Shown piece after piece: positions 1 through 10,147 of a stretch of DNA of 36,583 nucleotides (its first letter is position 1; each line of letters starts with the position of its first letter). The notes beneath the pieces are model-generated. The model saw only the letters and a list, made by a program, of their open reading frames with translations, was not told where the DNA came from and searched no databases. Source of the stretch: a virus (lineage: Duplodnaviria > Heunggongvirae > Uroviricota > Caudoviricetes); the IMG/VR virus record IMGVR_UViG_2585427727_000016, one strand, 5' to 3'. The position numbers were made by a program, and so were the translations under genes.

Positions 1-996
1 TTAACGAACCAGCCAGACCAGCATCAGGATAATCGCGACTAACAGTATCCACAGTGCGGGACGCGTTGCCATATTTTGCAACGTGTCCATCATCGGTGGA
101 AAAGGATTAAGCAGCGGTTGCATATCACGCGGATCAATCCCTTTAACCCGCCGTTGATAAAGCTGATTAAGAATATCCTCGGCCTGGGCAGAAGAAAGCG
201 ATGATTGCGCAGAAAGGCCATATTTTTGCTGGATATATGCCGATAACGCCGCCAGTTCACTGGCATCTAAAGGTTGTTTTAGCGCCATCTGTAGTGATTC
301 CAGTGTCGGCGTATTTTGCTGGCTTAGCGTCTGACGCGCCTGTAGCCAGGTCACCAGATGGTTAAACAGTTTCGCTGGAATTAACTCGCCATCTTTCACC
401 CCGGAAAGTTCCAGCATCGATTGCCAGATCTGCTTGCTGGGTTCCCCCGTTGCCGCCGCAAGTTTGATCACCAGCTGTTTAAGCGCATTGTGCTCCGCCG
501 GTAATAAAGGACGGTCGGTCGCCTCGCGCTGCTGCGGTTGCGGAATAACCATCTTCCCTTCCTGCAACAGGGTGAGAATTGTTTTTAATTGCTCCGGTGA
601 GAGCTGATTCAGCGGCGTCTGGCCAAAGTTATGACGGATATAATCCGTGACCGCCTGACGATTATTCCCCAGACGTAAATACTCCCCTAATTGCGCTAAA
701 AGCTGGCGGGCAGAATGGCTTTTTTGCGCGGCCAGCAGACGTTGCGCCAGATTGTGCTCAGCGGCAGGGAAGTGACGCGAAAGCAGCGGTGAATCTCCCG
801 ACAGACCAATATCGTGCCTGATACCCGCCCACAGTTCTGCTCTTTGCTGTTGCGTCAGTGAGGTCACTTTCGTCATTAAGCTTTCCAGCGAAGTACGTTG
901 CTGACTGGATAAAGGCTGATTGCCCGCGCCAGACGGCAGGTTATCTCCCTGACCTGGTGGTTGCCCAGGAGGAGGGCCGGAAATAGGTTGTATCAT
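1..996 (-). CDS. flk: flagellar biosynthesis regulator Flk (tail-anchored membrane protein); host gene
   Basis: 331-aa ORF with Pro/Gln-rich N-terminus and a single C-terminal hydrophobic anchor (ALWILLVAIILMLVWLV); AAGGA RBS before ATG at 996; recognised from memory as enterobacterial Flk. Confidence 0.75.
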   Translation of the reverse strand: MIQPISGPPPGQPPGQGDNLPSGAGNQPLSSQQRTSLESLMTKVTSLTQQQRAELWAGIRHDIGLSGDSPLLSRHFPAAEHNLAQRLLAAQKSHSARQLLAQLGEYLRLGNNRQAVTDYIRHNFGQTPLNQLSPEQLKTILTLLQEGKMVIPQPQQREATDRPLLPAEHNALKQLVIKLAAATGEPSKQIWQSMLELSGVKDGELIPAKLFNHLVTWLQARQTLSQQNTPTLESLQMALKQPLDASELAALSAYIQQKYGLSAQSSLSSAQAEDILNQLYQRRVKGIDPRDMQPLLNPFPPMMDTLQNMATRPALWILLVAIILMLVWLVR

Positions 997-1195
997 TACG
1001 TATCCTTATACCTGAAATCTTCGCAAGTATGCCTGGCCGCGAGATTATGGCACACTTGTCCGGTTAACTCTCGTCTCATACAGGTAACACAAACGTGAAA
1101 ATCCTTGTTGATGAAAAAGATGTTGATTTAACTTTTTGATATAAAAGGATTTGTATCGGCGCATGTCCACGCAGTGACCACATTTTCGAGTTATA

Positions 1196-1233
1196 GATAA
1201 CACAAAGCCCGTTTTCACGGGCTTTGTGTTATC
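1196..1233. terminator. perfect 16-bp-arm inverted repeat hairpin between the cargo operon and flk
   Basis: GATAACACAAAGCCCG-TTTTCA-CGGGCTTTGTGTTATC read directly; lies just downstream of the minus-strand ORF ending at 1246. Confidence 0.5.
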
Positions 1234-1245
1234 TGTGATTGTGGC

Positions 1246-2156
1246 TTAGCCGCATGATTTATACTGTTTCCAGTTACAGGCTTCTTGAAGCGGTTTTAGC
1301 GTGGTTGACAGGCCGTTTAAATTGAAAGTTGCACTTACAGGGCTTTCATTATAAGGGGTTATTTTTGCATACATTTTGTTTGAGTTGGCTAGTTTTCTGA
1401 TGAAGTTAATGTCATTGCCTTTATAAAAAACAGCCTTTGTATCTGTAGATACTAGCCAGTTTCGCTCAACTGCTTTCTGTTTATCAAGGCGATACAGCAT
1501 GCTGGTTTGTTCAAGGCCTAAATATACATCCCAATTAAGAAATACTTCGGTTTTCTTTTCTCGGCAAGCTATAAACAGAGTAGGGGTAACCGCTTCTCCA
1601 AATGGAGTTCTTATATAATCATCACTTTCTAACGATAAAATTACATTTTTCGAATCATCAATTGGCGATGTAGTAATGGATGTGTGCCATTTTCCTGTGT
1701 CTGTGGCTTTCTCTAATTTTGATTTAGATTGCGCAACTTTTTCCTGTGGAAATGGTTTATCGTAGCAGTTTACTCTAGTTTCTTTATCGTTTTCTGCTCG
1801 GCATTTAGATATCTCAGAAAGATTTGGTTGCTGAGCCTCTGTTGTTACTAGCTGTTTCGCTTTAGATTTTGAGCTTACAGGCGGAGTAAATGTTGGAGAA
1901 AAAAACGGTCATAACAAGATAAACGTCTGTCATCATCTTTCTCATCAGGGCATTGATCTCTGCTTTCGAATTTTTCAGCAACTGTCGTTCGAGTCGGTTG
2001 TATTGACTTATCATAACAAGAAAGTCTTTCTTTATTATTTTCTATTGCTCGGCACTGGAGTGATGACTTAAAGTTATTATGCTCAGTTGCTGCGTGAGCA
2101 GGTAGCACACTAATTGATATAAATGATGCACCTATAGAAATAATCATATTTTTCAT
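1246..2156 (-). pseudogene. secreted repeat protein with recurring C-x(n)-RLxCYD motifs, split by a 1-nt frameshift in a homopolymer
   Basis: ORF 1875..2156 has a signal peptide (MKNMIISIGASFISISVLPAHA) and stops just after a run of 7 T on the coding strand (1899..1905); the -1 frame is open with no start codon from 1908 down to 1246 and carries the same motif (RVNCYDK vs RLSCYDK/RLSCYDR). Confidence 0.5.
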
Positions 2157-2160
2157 TTTG

Positions 2161-2493
2161 TTATCCCTTTGGTTTAGTAAGAAATACTAAATTTCCGATA
2201 ATGATATTGCAAATAACCCATAAGCCTCCAATAGCAATTAAACCTAAGCCCGTACCAATAACTGTACCGGCTTTTTCGGCATCGGATGTGGCGTTGTTTA
2301 TTATTTCACCCACCTCTCTTAGCCCAACACAAATCGTGTAGATTATAAAAATATTAAATAATATGAAAAAATACTTAATGAGTTCTCCAAAAAATGAACG
2401 TTTAAGTTTTTTCAGTTGTTTGCCACAAGCAGGGCAAGACAATACTGAATCGATCACCTCTTTCTGGCATTCAGGACATTTGATTAATGCCAT
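2161..2493 (-). CDS. zinc-ribbon membrane protein (N-terminal CxxC...CxxC, two predicted TM helices)
   Basis: MALIKCPECQKEVIDSVLSCPACGK followed by two hydrophobic stretches; start taken at the internal Met; AT-rich; immediately upstream of the frameshifted gene on the same strand. Confidence 0.55.
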   Translation of the reverse strand: MALIKCPECQKEVIDSVLSCPACGKQLKKLKRSFFGELIKYFFILFNIFIIYTICVGLREVGEIINNATSDAEKAGTVIGTGLGLIAIGGLWVICNIIIGNLVFLTKPKG

Positions 2494-3001
2494 ATAATCT
2501 GCCTCCTTTGGCTCTCTACTAGCTGACGTTTGTAACAAAACATTTTGATTTTATCAGACTTTTTATTGATATGTGTCAATTGATTAGCTGGTATAGAGTG
2601 AGACAGGATGCCTTATCGACCTTACTCTGGCAACTGATTGACGGGGGATTGCTCCCCCGTCGCGGTTTCCTTACTGCTTACACTGTAAGAACGCCGCAAA
2701 CTCCGCTCCCCAGAAACTCATCCGTATTTCACACAGCGAACCGTGCAGCATCCAGATGATGAGGATTGCCGTCACGCAGAACGTGATGGCCGTAAGCGAT
2801 TTTTGCGACATAGCACTTGCTCCTTTTCCGGAGAGGCGCTAACCTTTCACTTGTCAAGGTAATGCGGTTAGGGCCTCGGTTAAACAGATATGTTTTCCGG
2901 GGCCTTTCCACATCCGGCCTTCGGGTATTCCCTCCGACCATCAGCCGAAAGGCACCCGCACGTAATCTATCGCTTTTTTGTTACTCCGGCAATTCTGCCT
3001 G

Positions 3002-3262
3002 TTAATTCTGAGGTAAAGGCAAACTCATCTGATTGTTTCCCCTGTGTGAAGCTGGCAGCTCATGCCACGGGATACCTTCTGATGAGTGAACGCCGGAGGC
3101 GTGTTTCGATGTGAATTTATGGAAAGCTTCCAGTGTTGAGAAGCATACGCCGCATTCCAGATTGTTACACTGGTAATACTTTTGCCGCACGGTGTTTGAA
3201 TCATTTTCCGGACGACTGGTGCGGATACGGGCAGATGCGCCACAAAGCGGACAACGGAACAT
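3002..3262 (-). CDS. ogr: late gene transcriptional activator Ogr/Delta (zinc finger)
   Basis: MFRCPLCGASARIRTSR...YYQCNNLECG: CxxC...CxxxxC pattern and N-terminal similarity to P2 Ogr; sits next to D. Confidence 0.85.
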   Translation of the reverse strand: MFRCPLCGASARIRTSRPENDSNTVRQKYYQCNNLECGVCFSTLEAFHKFTSKHASGVHSSEGIPWHELPASHRGNNQMSLPLPQN

Positions 3263-3304
3263 AGCTACCTCCCTTAACGTGGTGCTGCCGCTATTCTAAG
3301 TTGC

Positions 3305-4414
3305 TCACTCTGTTTCCGCTATCCATTCCGGGATTTTTGCCTCAAGCTCAAGCTGCGTGGTAAAGCCGCTGTTATCAATGGTGTGCCCGGCTTTTGCAAT
3401 AATCCAGTCCTGATTATCAATCTCGCTTTTAAATCCTGTTACCGTGCCATGCATTTCGGGGTAGAGTTCTGCACGTCCACGCGCCAGCGTGATGGAGAAT
3501 GATGCGGCTCCGCGTTGTAGTTGCTGCCACTTTGCCGCCGCTGCGCGTCTTGCTGCCTGCTCGTTCTGATAAGTCTTGCGTAACACAAACACATTGCCTT
3601 CCGCGCCTTCCATATAATCACCTTCACGGCTGCTGCTTTTCTCCTTTTTGGGTTTTGGCGGTTTACGGCGTTTCACGCTGACTTTTTTCTTTTTCCCGTA
3701 ATTAAGATCAAGCCAGTAGGCGCGTACCCCCGTATACGCCTCGCGGTCAGCAATGCGGAACTGATGGCGATCGCCGCTGCTGCGTGTAATGGCGAACGAG
3801 GGCAACGGCTGGCCCTGTGCGTTCACGCCACCACCTGGCATGATGAATAACAGATTGCCGCTTTTTACCGTGGTGATTGCACCCAGCATTTCCGCCATGC
3901 GCGTAAGGAAGGACATGTCGCTTTCTTCGGTCTGGTCGGCGTGGTCGATTTCGATATCCATCAGCATTTCGCTGATTTGCGGTTTCAGACCATACCGATG
4001 AGCGATGGCGGATACCACACGCTCAACGGTCACATCATGCCAGGACACCTCACGTTTAACGTTAAATTCATCCCGAAAATCTGCGCTTCTGGCTGAAACA
4101 GTCAGCCTGTCCGGCGGTCCTTCGTGAGCGATTTCATCAACAATGTAAGTGCCTTTTTCTGTCAGCGGTTCTCCCTTCCAGCCAATGAGAACCGTCAGGC
4201 GCGCGCCCCGTGGCGGTAGCTGCAACTGACCATCCGCATCATCCAGCGTGATGGTGAGCTGGTCCGCCTCAAATCCCCGGTTGTCGGTCAGTGACAGGCT
4301 CATCAGGCGCTCTGCCACGCCTGACAGCGTTTTACCCTCCGCGAGAATATCAAAATCCGGCATTTTTACGGGGTCTGTGCCCTGACTGAGCAATTGCATG
4401 GTGGTGTCGGTCAT
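3305..4414 (-). CDS. D: tail protein D (late control gene D)
   Basis: about 370 aa from the internal Met with GGAGG RBS (ORF track extends to 4546); basic KKKKVSVKRRKPPKPKK stretch; position next to ogr. Confidence 0.8.
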   Translation of the reverse strand: MTDTTMQLLSQGTDPVKMPDFDILAEGKTLSGVAERLMSLSLTDNRGFEADQLTITLDDADGQLQLPPRGARLTVLIGWKGEPLTEKGTYIVDEIAHEGPPDRLTVSARSADFRDEFNVKREVSWHDVTVERVVSAIAHRYGLKPQISEMLMDIEIDHADQTEESDMSFLTRMAEMLGAITTVKSGNLLFIMPGGGVNAQGQPLPSFAITRSSGDRHQFRIADREAYTGVRAYWLDLNYGKKKKVSVKRRKPPKPKKEKSSSREGDYMEGAEGNVFVLRKTYQNEQAARRAAAAKWQQLQRGAASFSITLARGRAELYPEMHGTVTGFKSEIDNQDWIIAKAGHTIDNSGFTTQLELEAKIPEWIAETE

Positions 4415-4571
4415 CTGCTCCCTCCCTGTGCGGCATGGTCGCATGTGCGTGCGGAGGGGGTTACTGCTTTTTGTTGTCGCCGTGGCGAGAGAACGGCGCA
4501 GGGGTGAGATTACGCGCGTGGTGGGTGATGATTGTTGCCGAATCATTTAACGGATACAAGGGGCTGAAGCT
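4415..4571. promoter_or_regulatory. divergent intergenic region between D and FI (presumed late promoters)
   Basis: 157-bp gap between divergent start codons; no promoter elements verified. Confidence 0.35.
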
Positions 4572-5756
4572 ATGAGTGAAACTCGTTTTCATGGTGCCCG
4601 TGTTACGGAAAATACCGACCTGGTAACAGCGATTAACGATGTTGATTCCAGCGTTATCGGTATCGTGGCAACGGCGGATGATGCGGACGCGAAGCTGTTC
4701 CCGCTGAACAAGCCCACACTGCTGACCCGCGTCAATGACGTGCTGGGAAAATGCGGGACAACGGGGACGCTTTATCGTGCGCTTAAGGCCATCGCAGACC
4801 AGGTGAGTACAAAGGTGATCGTCGTTCGCGTGGCTGAACACAAAGAAGAAGACGGAAAAACGCAGGATCAACTGGTTATCGGTGGTTCTGAATCTGACGG
4901 CAGCTATACGGGGATGTATGCGCTGCTTGTTGCAGAGCAGGATGAAAGCATCGGATACCGTCCGCGTATTCTGGCCGCGCCGGAGCTGGACACGGAGGCG
5001 GTAACAAAATCCCTGTGCGTGATTGCGGGTAAACTGCGCGCGTTTGTGTATGCCTCATGTCACGGCTGTAACACGATGGCTGAGGCGATTACCTACCGCC
5101 AGAAATTCAACGAACGTGAGGTGATGCTCTTATGGCCGGACTTCATCGCCTACAACCCGAAAAGTGGCAAAAACGAAACGTTCCCCGCGCCTGCCTATGC
5201 GTGCGGCCTTCGTGCGTACATTGACCATGAGCAGGGCTGGCACAAATCGCTGTCCAACGTTCCGGTTAAAAATGTGCTGGGGATGTCCAGGCATGTGTTC
5301 TGGTCGTTGCAGGCCGAAGACAGTGATGCCAACAGCCTCAACAACAAAGAAATCACGACCATTATTCGTCGCAACGGGTTCCGCTTCTGGGGCAACCGCA
5401 CACCGGAAACGAACGCCTACATCTTTGAGGTGTATACCCGAACCGCACAGGTGCTGGCTGATTCAATTGCGGAAGCGCAGTTTGAAACCATCGATAGTCC
5501 ACTGACGCCTGCGAACGTGAAGGATGTTATCAGTGCCATCAGGGCAAAACTGGATTCACTGGTTACTGCCGGGAAACTGATTGGGGCGTCGTGCTGGTAT
5601 GACGTGGTGGATAACAGCACCACGGATTTACGTCAGGGGCGTGTGCGTATTCGCTACAAATATACGCCCGTTCCTCCGCTGGAAGACATGGAGCTTTACC
5701 AGTCGTTTACTGATGAATTCTTTGGTCCCGCATTTGCGGTGCTGGGAGGTGCCTGA
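4572..5756 (+). CDS. FI: contractile tail sheath protein FI
   Basis: 394 aa; size and sequence character of P2 FI; followed by overlapping FII start. Confidence 0.9.
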   Translation: MSETRFHGARVTENTDLVTAINDVDSSVIGIVATADDADAKLFPLNKPTLLTRVNDVLGKCGTTGTLYRALKAIADQVSTKVIVVRVAEHKEEDGKTQDQLVIGGSESDGSYTGMYALLVAEQDESIGYRPRILAAPELDTEAVTKSLCVIAGKLRAFVYASCHGCNTMAEAITYRQKFNEREVMLLWPDFIAYNPKSGKNETFPAPAYACGLRAYIDHEQGWHKSLSNVPVKNVLGMSRHVFWSLQAEDSDANSLNNKEITTIIRRNGFRFWGNRTPETNAYIFEVYTRTAQVLADSIAEAQFETIDSPLTPANVKDVISAIRAKLDSLVTAGKLIGASCWYDVVDNSTTDLRQGRVRIRYKYTPVPPLEDMELYQSFTDEFFGPAFAVLGGA

Positions 5757-6268
5757 TGGCTGTACCAAAACATCTTCGCTTTTTTACGCTGTTTGTGGAT
5801 GGTGAAAACGAAGTGGGTAAGGTGACGTCCGTCACCCTGCCTAAACTGACGCGCAAAACCGACAGCTACCGGGGTGGTGGCATGATGGGTGCGGTAAGTA
5901 TTGATCTCGGTCTGGACGACTCCGCGCTTGATGCGAGCTTTGTCATGGGGGGCGCAGTTCGTGAGCTGTTCCTTAAGTATGGCGGCACGATTGACGGCAC
6001 GCTACTGCGTTTTGCGGGTGAATACTACACCGATGCAGAAAGCGACCTGTATGAAGTCGAAATGCGCGGACGCGTGACGGAAATTGATATGGGGGAAGCC
6101 AAACAGGGCGAAGCCACATCACACACTTACGCCATTAAAAACACCTACTACAAGCTGAGTGTTAACGATCGTCCGTTGTGGGAGATTGACCTGCTGAACT
6201 TCATTTACCGGAAGGACGGCAAGGACATTGTGCCCGATCGCATCCGTTCCGCGCTTGGGCTTGGCTGA
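5756..6268 (+). CDS. FII: tail tube protein FII
   Basis: 170 aa; ATG overlaps FI stop; P2 FII-like. Confidence 0.9.
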   Translation: MAVPKHLRFFTLFVDGENEVGKVTSVTLPKLTRKTDSYRGGGMMGAVSIDLGLDDSALDASFVMGGAVRELFLKYGGTIDGTLLRFAGEYYTDAESDLYEVEMRGRVTEIDMGEAKQGEATSHTYAIKNTYYKLSVNDRPLWEIDLLNFIYRKDGKDIVPDRIRSALGLG

Positions 6269-6322
6269 TAAGTAATATGCAGGCGGCGCAGTGCGTCGCC
6301 TCTGACTGAAAGGAGTTTCCTG

Positions 6323-6688
6323 ATGAAAGAGACGAAAAACATCGATACCGAAAACACGGTAGTTGCTGACACTGTGAAAGAAACCAGTGAGCGTGGCGTA
6401 AAACTTACCCAACCAATTGAGCGAGGCGGCGAAAAAATCACGTATGTGGAGATCACCGGGGCTATTGAGCAGGCTGGATCTCTGCGAGATTTGTCGCTGT
6501 CTGATGTGCTGAATCTGAAAGCGGAATCCATGTTTACGCTGCTGTCACGAGTGACATCACCGCGACTGGATGAAGTGACGATCAAAAAAATGGCATCCCG
6601 TGACTTTATTCAGTTATGTGTGGTTGCCGTAAATTTTTTGAGCGGTGCGGACTCTGGCGGGAAGAACGAACAGGCGACGGAAGCCTGA
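6323..6688 (+). CDS. E: tail assembly chaperone E
   Basis: 121-aa ORF with RBS, directly upstream of tape measure gene; contains the slippery site. Confidence 0.8.
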   Translation: MKETKNIDTENTVVADTVKETSERGVKLTQPIERGGEKITYVEITGAIEQAGSLRDLSLSDVLNLKAESMFTLLSRVTSPRLDEVTIKKMASRDFIQLCVVAVNFLSGADSGGKNEQATEA

Positions 6689-6852
6689 TCACGGTTGTGT
6701 GCTTTGAGCACATAGAAGACTTTGTGGCAGATATTGCCGTTATTTTTAACTGGTCGCCCGCCGAAATCTTCATGATGACGCCCGGCGAAGTGGTTAGCTG
6801 GCGTGAGCGGGCGGCACTTCGCAGCGGGAATGCAGACAATGAAGACTCTTGA
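6323..6852 (+). CDS. E': tail assembly chaperone E+E' made by -1 programmed frameshift at 6634..6640
   Basis: heptamer T_TTT_TTG in the E frame (AAT TTT TTG); -1 frame open from there to a stop at 6850..6852 (FFERCGLWREER...NADNEDS). Confidence 0.65.
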
Positions 6853-9646
6853 TATCCGGGTCGCTTTCAGCGCCGTTGACAGGCTGACCCAGCCTGCCGA
6901 AAACGCCCGCCGCCTGATGGGGCAGTTTGGTGACTCCATCCAGCGAACGCAGGGGGCGATCAAAAATCTCGAGCGTCAGGCGCGTTCATTTGAGCGCGCC
7001 CGCGACGCTGTCAGTAAAGCGGATGCGGGTATCGTGAAAGCACGACGCCAGCTTAACGCCCTTAATCAGTTACAACGCACGGGTACAGTGCTCAGCGAAA
7101 AACAACAAAAGCTGATGCAGCAGTTAAGCACCCGGCTTGAACGCCTGAATGAATCGCGCACGCGGGAAATTCAGAAAATGCGGGAGCTTGGCGGAGAGCT
7201 GAAACGCCACGGCATTTCCCTGACAGGCAGCGATAACACCATCCAGCAGGCCATCAGACGCACCGAACAGTACAACAATCAGCTTGAACGCGAACGGCAG
7301 GCGCTTGCGCGTGTAACGCGGGCGCGTGAGCGGTATTCGCGCGCGCAGGAAACAGCGGGAAAACTGAAAACAGGTGGTGCACTGGCAATTGGTGCGGCAG
7401 CGGCGGGCGGCTATGCTGCCGGGCGTTTTTTGCAGCCTGCGATCGGGTTCGGCAAAGAGATGTCCCGCGTTCAGGCACTGACGCGAATCGACCAGAACAG
7501 CCCGCAGTTTAAGGCGCTGCGTGAGCAGGCGTTAAAACTTGGCTCTGAAACGCAGTTCACCGCAGGCGATGCCGCCAGTGGACAGGCATTTCTTGCAATG
7601 GCTGGCTTCACTCCGCAGGCCATTCAGGCTGCGCTTCCCGGCGTGCTGAGCATGGCAACGGCTGGCGGTATGGATCTCGGCGAGACGGCAGATATTGGCT
7701 CAAATATCCTGACGCAGTTCGGCCTTTCTGCTGACCAGATGGACCGGGTCGGTGACACACTCACCGCAGCGTTTACCCGTACCAACACTGACCTTCGCGC
7801 ACTGGGCGAAACCATGAAATATGCAGGTCCGGTGGCGGGTAAGCTGGGAATATCGCTGGAGCAGACCGCAGCGATGGCGGGCGTGCTGGCGAATATGGGC
7901 ATCAGAGGGAGTGATGCCGGGACGGCAATGCGTGCCAGCCTGGCTCGTCTGGCATCACCGCCAAAGGCGGCGGCAGAAGCTCTGAAAGAGCTGGGCGTGT
8001 CCGTTTCGGATGCCGGGGGCAAAATGCGCCCGATGGAAGATCTGCTGGCTGACCTTTATAAAGCTACCCGCAAATACGGGGAAGTTGACCGGGTATCCTT
8101 CTTTAAGGATATCGCCGGGGAAGAGGCTTTCACATCGTTTATGGCACTCGTTGATGCGGCGGGGGACGGGTCCTTACCCAAACTGAGAAAAGAACTTGAG
8201 GGCGCACGCGGTGAGGCTGAACGCACGGCAAAGGTTATGGCCGACAACCTTGATGGCGACCTGAAAAATCTCGACAGCGCATGGGAAGGTCTTCGTATTC
8301 GCATCAGTGATCTGGTTGACGGTCCGCTGCGTTCTGTCACGCAGTGGCTAACACGGGTGGTCTCAAAGGTGACGGTACTGGCGCAGGCCCATCCTGTACT
8401 GACGCGCCAGCTACTGATTGCAGGCGGTGCGCTGCTGGCAGTGACTGCAACCGTAGGCTCGTTGTCGCTTGCTCTTGGTGTGCTTGCTGGCCCGCTGGCA
8501 AAACTGCGTCTTGGTTTTTCCCTCCTGACCGGATCAATGAATGCTGTCAGGCTCCTGCCAGCACTATGGGGAATGGTGACGGGTTCCGTTTCTTTGCTGG
8601 GAGGTGCTATCGGGGCGCTGTTCAGTCCGGTTGGTCTTATCGTGGCTGCGCTTGCCGGAGCTGCCGTTCTTATCTGGAAATACTGGGATCCCATCAGGGC
8701 ATTTTTTGCCGGGGTGTTCAGCGGGATTATGGAAAGGCTGACCCCGTTGCGCGAAACTTTTGAACGGTTTGGTCCTGTTTTTGACGCAATCGGAAGCGGG
8801 ATCAGCCAGGTGTTTAACTGGTTTAAATCGCTACTGTCACCGATGGAGTCCAGCAAGGAAACGCTGGATAAATGTACCAGTGCTGGCGAGATATTCGGTA
8901 ACGTTCTTGGCGGTGCGTTACAACTTGTTCTGACACCTGCAAAAATGCTACTGGATACGCTGGCGTGGATACTTGAAAAACTTGGCGTCCTTCCGGATGA
9001 AGCGGAAAGGGCGCGCAAGAAAATCGAAGACGCACAGCGTGCGGCCATTCTTCAGGACAAGGTAGCCTTACTTCAGGGGGACCTGGCGAAAATCAATCCG
9101 CCGAAGCCTGTGGAAAATGGCAATGGCACCGGAGGTGATAAACCCAAAGACAACAAACCGCTCACAGACAGCAATACCGGGACGCTACGCAGACTCAGCA
9201 AAATTGCTGATAACACAGGTAAGCTGGTTGATGAGACGAAAAAACGCATTGGCCCCGGCGATATTGTCTTTAAGAACCTGCCCCGCGCACTTGCTGTTCG
9301 TGGGGAGTGGCAGGAGCGGAAGATTACACAGGTCAGTAAGCCTGCCCCCGCAATTAATATCACCCCCGTGGTTCCGGCTCCGCTGCCTCCGGCGCTGGTC
9401 CCTGTTGTTGCGGCCAGCTCTCACCCGGTGGCGGAGGCCATACGATCGCCAGTGGCATCAGTTCCTGCAACTTCCCGTAACCGGGAGCCTGTTGCCTCCG
9501 GATTTGGTGGTGAAATTCATGTTCATCTGCATAACGTTGTTACGCAGAATCCCCGCGAACTGGCGAAACTGGTCGGTGAAATGGTCAGGGCAGAAATGGA
9601 ACGGCGTGCCCATGCCGGGCGTGGCAGTTTTTACGATAAAGATTGA
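6830..9646 (+). CDS. T: tail tape measure protein T
   Basis: about 940 aa; coiled-coil N-terminal region, Ala/Gly-rich hydrophobic central segment; start at 6830 or 6839 overlapping the E' stop. Confidence 0.9.
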   Translation: MQTMKTLDIRVAFSAVDRLTQPAENARRLMGQFGDSIQRTQGAIKNLERQARSFERARDAVSKADAGIVKARRQLNALNQLQRTGTVLSEKQQKLMQQLSTRLERLNESRTREIQKMRELGGELKRHGISLTGSDNTIQQAIRRTEQYNNQLERERQALARVTRARERYSRAQETAGKLKTGGALAIGAAAAGGYAAGRFLQPAIGFGKEMSRVQALTRIDQNSPQFKALREQALKLGSETQFTAGDAASGQAFLAMAGFTPQAIQAALPGVLSMATAGGMDLGETADIGSNILTQFGLSADQMDRVGDTLTAAFTRTNTDLRALGETMKYAGPVAGKLGISLEQTAAMAGVLANMGIRGSDAGTAMRASLARLASPPKAAAEALKELGVSVSDAGGKMRPMEDLLADLYKATRKYGEVDRVSFFKDIAGEEAFTSFMALVDAAGDGSLPKLRKELEGARGEAERTAKVMADNLDGDLKNLDSAWEGLRIRISDLVDGPLRSVTQWLTRVVSKVTVLAQAHPVLTRQLLIAGGALLAVTATVGSLSLALGVLAGPLAKLRLGFSLLTGSMNAVRLLPALWGMVTGSVSLLGGAIGALFSPVGLIVAALAGAAVLIWKYWDPIRAFFAGVFSGIMERLTPLRETFERFGPVFDAIGSGISQVFNWFKSLLSPMESSKETLDKCTSAGEIFGNVLGGALQLVLTPAKMLLDTLAWILEKLGVLPDEAERARKKIEDAQRAAILQDKVALLQGDLAKINPPKPVENGNGTGGDKPKDNKPLTDSNTGTLRRLSKIADNTGKLVDETKKRIGPGDIVFKNLPRALAVRGEWQERKITQVSKPAPAINITPVVPAPLPPALVPVVAASSHPVAEAIRSPVASVPATSRNREPVASGFGGEIHVHLHNVVTQNPRELAKLVGEMVRAEMERRAHAGRGSFYDKD

Positions 9647-9652
9647 GGAGTC

Positions 9653-10147
9653 ATGGCCATGATGATGATCTACGGCATGTTTGTTTTTGAGCTGCGCACG
9701 CTGCCGCATCAGCAGTTACAGCAAAACAAAAGCTGGCGGCATGTGAAAAATGAACGCGTTAACCGTTCAGCAAGCTGGCAGTATATCGGTGCAGGTGATG
9801 ATCGCATCGTTCTTTCTGGTGTGCTTTATCCTGAAATTACAGGTGGCGAAGTGTCGCTGTCGCTGCTGACCACGCAGGCGTATACAGGACGCCCCTGGCC
9901 TCTTATTGATGGCGTCGGGCAGATTTACGGCATGTATGTCCTGACCGAAACGAATACGACCCGTTCCGAGTTTGATCGCTACGGTAAGGCGAAAAAGATA
10001 GAATTTTCACTGACCCTTGAACGCTGTGATGAGGATTTGCGGGAGCGCCTGCAATCCTCATCGTTCAGCGATATTCTGTCCGGCTTCAAAGATAAAGTGA
10101 CATCATCCCTTAACAGCGCGGCCAGTTCAGTTAAAGGGCTGTTCTGA
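9653..10147 (+). CDS. U: tail protein U
   Basis: 164 aa immediately after T with GAGGAG RBS; P2 U-like. Confidence 0.85.
   Translation: MAMMMIYGMFVFELRTLPHQQLQQNKSWRHVKNERVNRSASWQYIGAGDDRIVLSGVLYPEITGGEVSLSLLTTQAYTGRPWPLIDGVGQIYGMYVLTETNTTRSEFDRYGKAKKIEFSLTLERCDEDLRERLQSSSFSDILSGFKDKVTSSLNSAASSVKGLF

Noticed and set aside
2571-3114. Several 60-75-aa overlapping ORFs on both strands at the prophage-host junction
   Set aside because: Mutually overlapping, no RBS, low-complexity translations; region treated as non-coding att/terminator DNA
3025-3243. 72-aa ORF in a second frame overlapping ogr
   Set aside because: Same-strand out-of-frame overlap with the clearly recognisable Ogr zinc-finger ORF
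8056-9048. 330-aa minus-strand ORF inside the tape measure gene
   Set aside because: Antisense shadow ORF in a GC-rich coding region; low-complexity Ser/Ala/Pro/Arg-rich translation, no RBS context, fully overlapped by gene T
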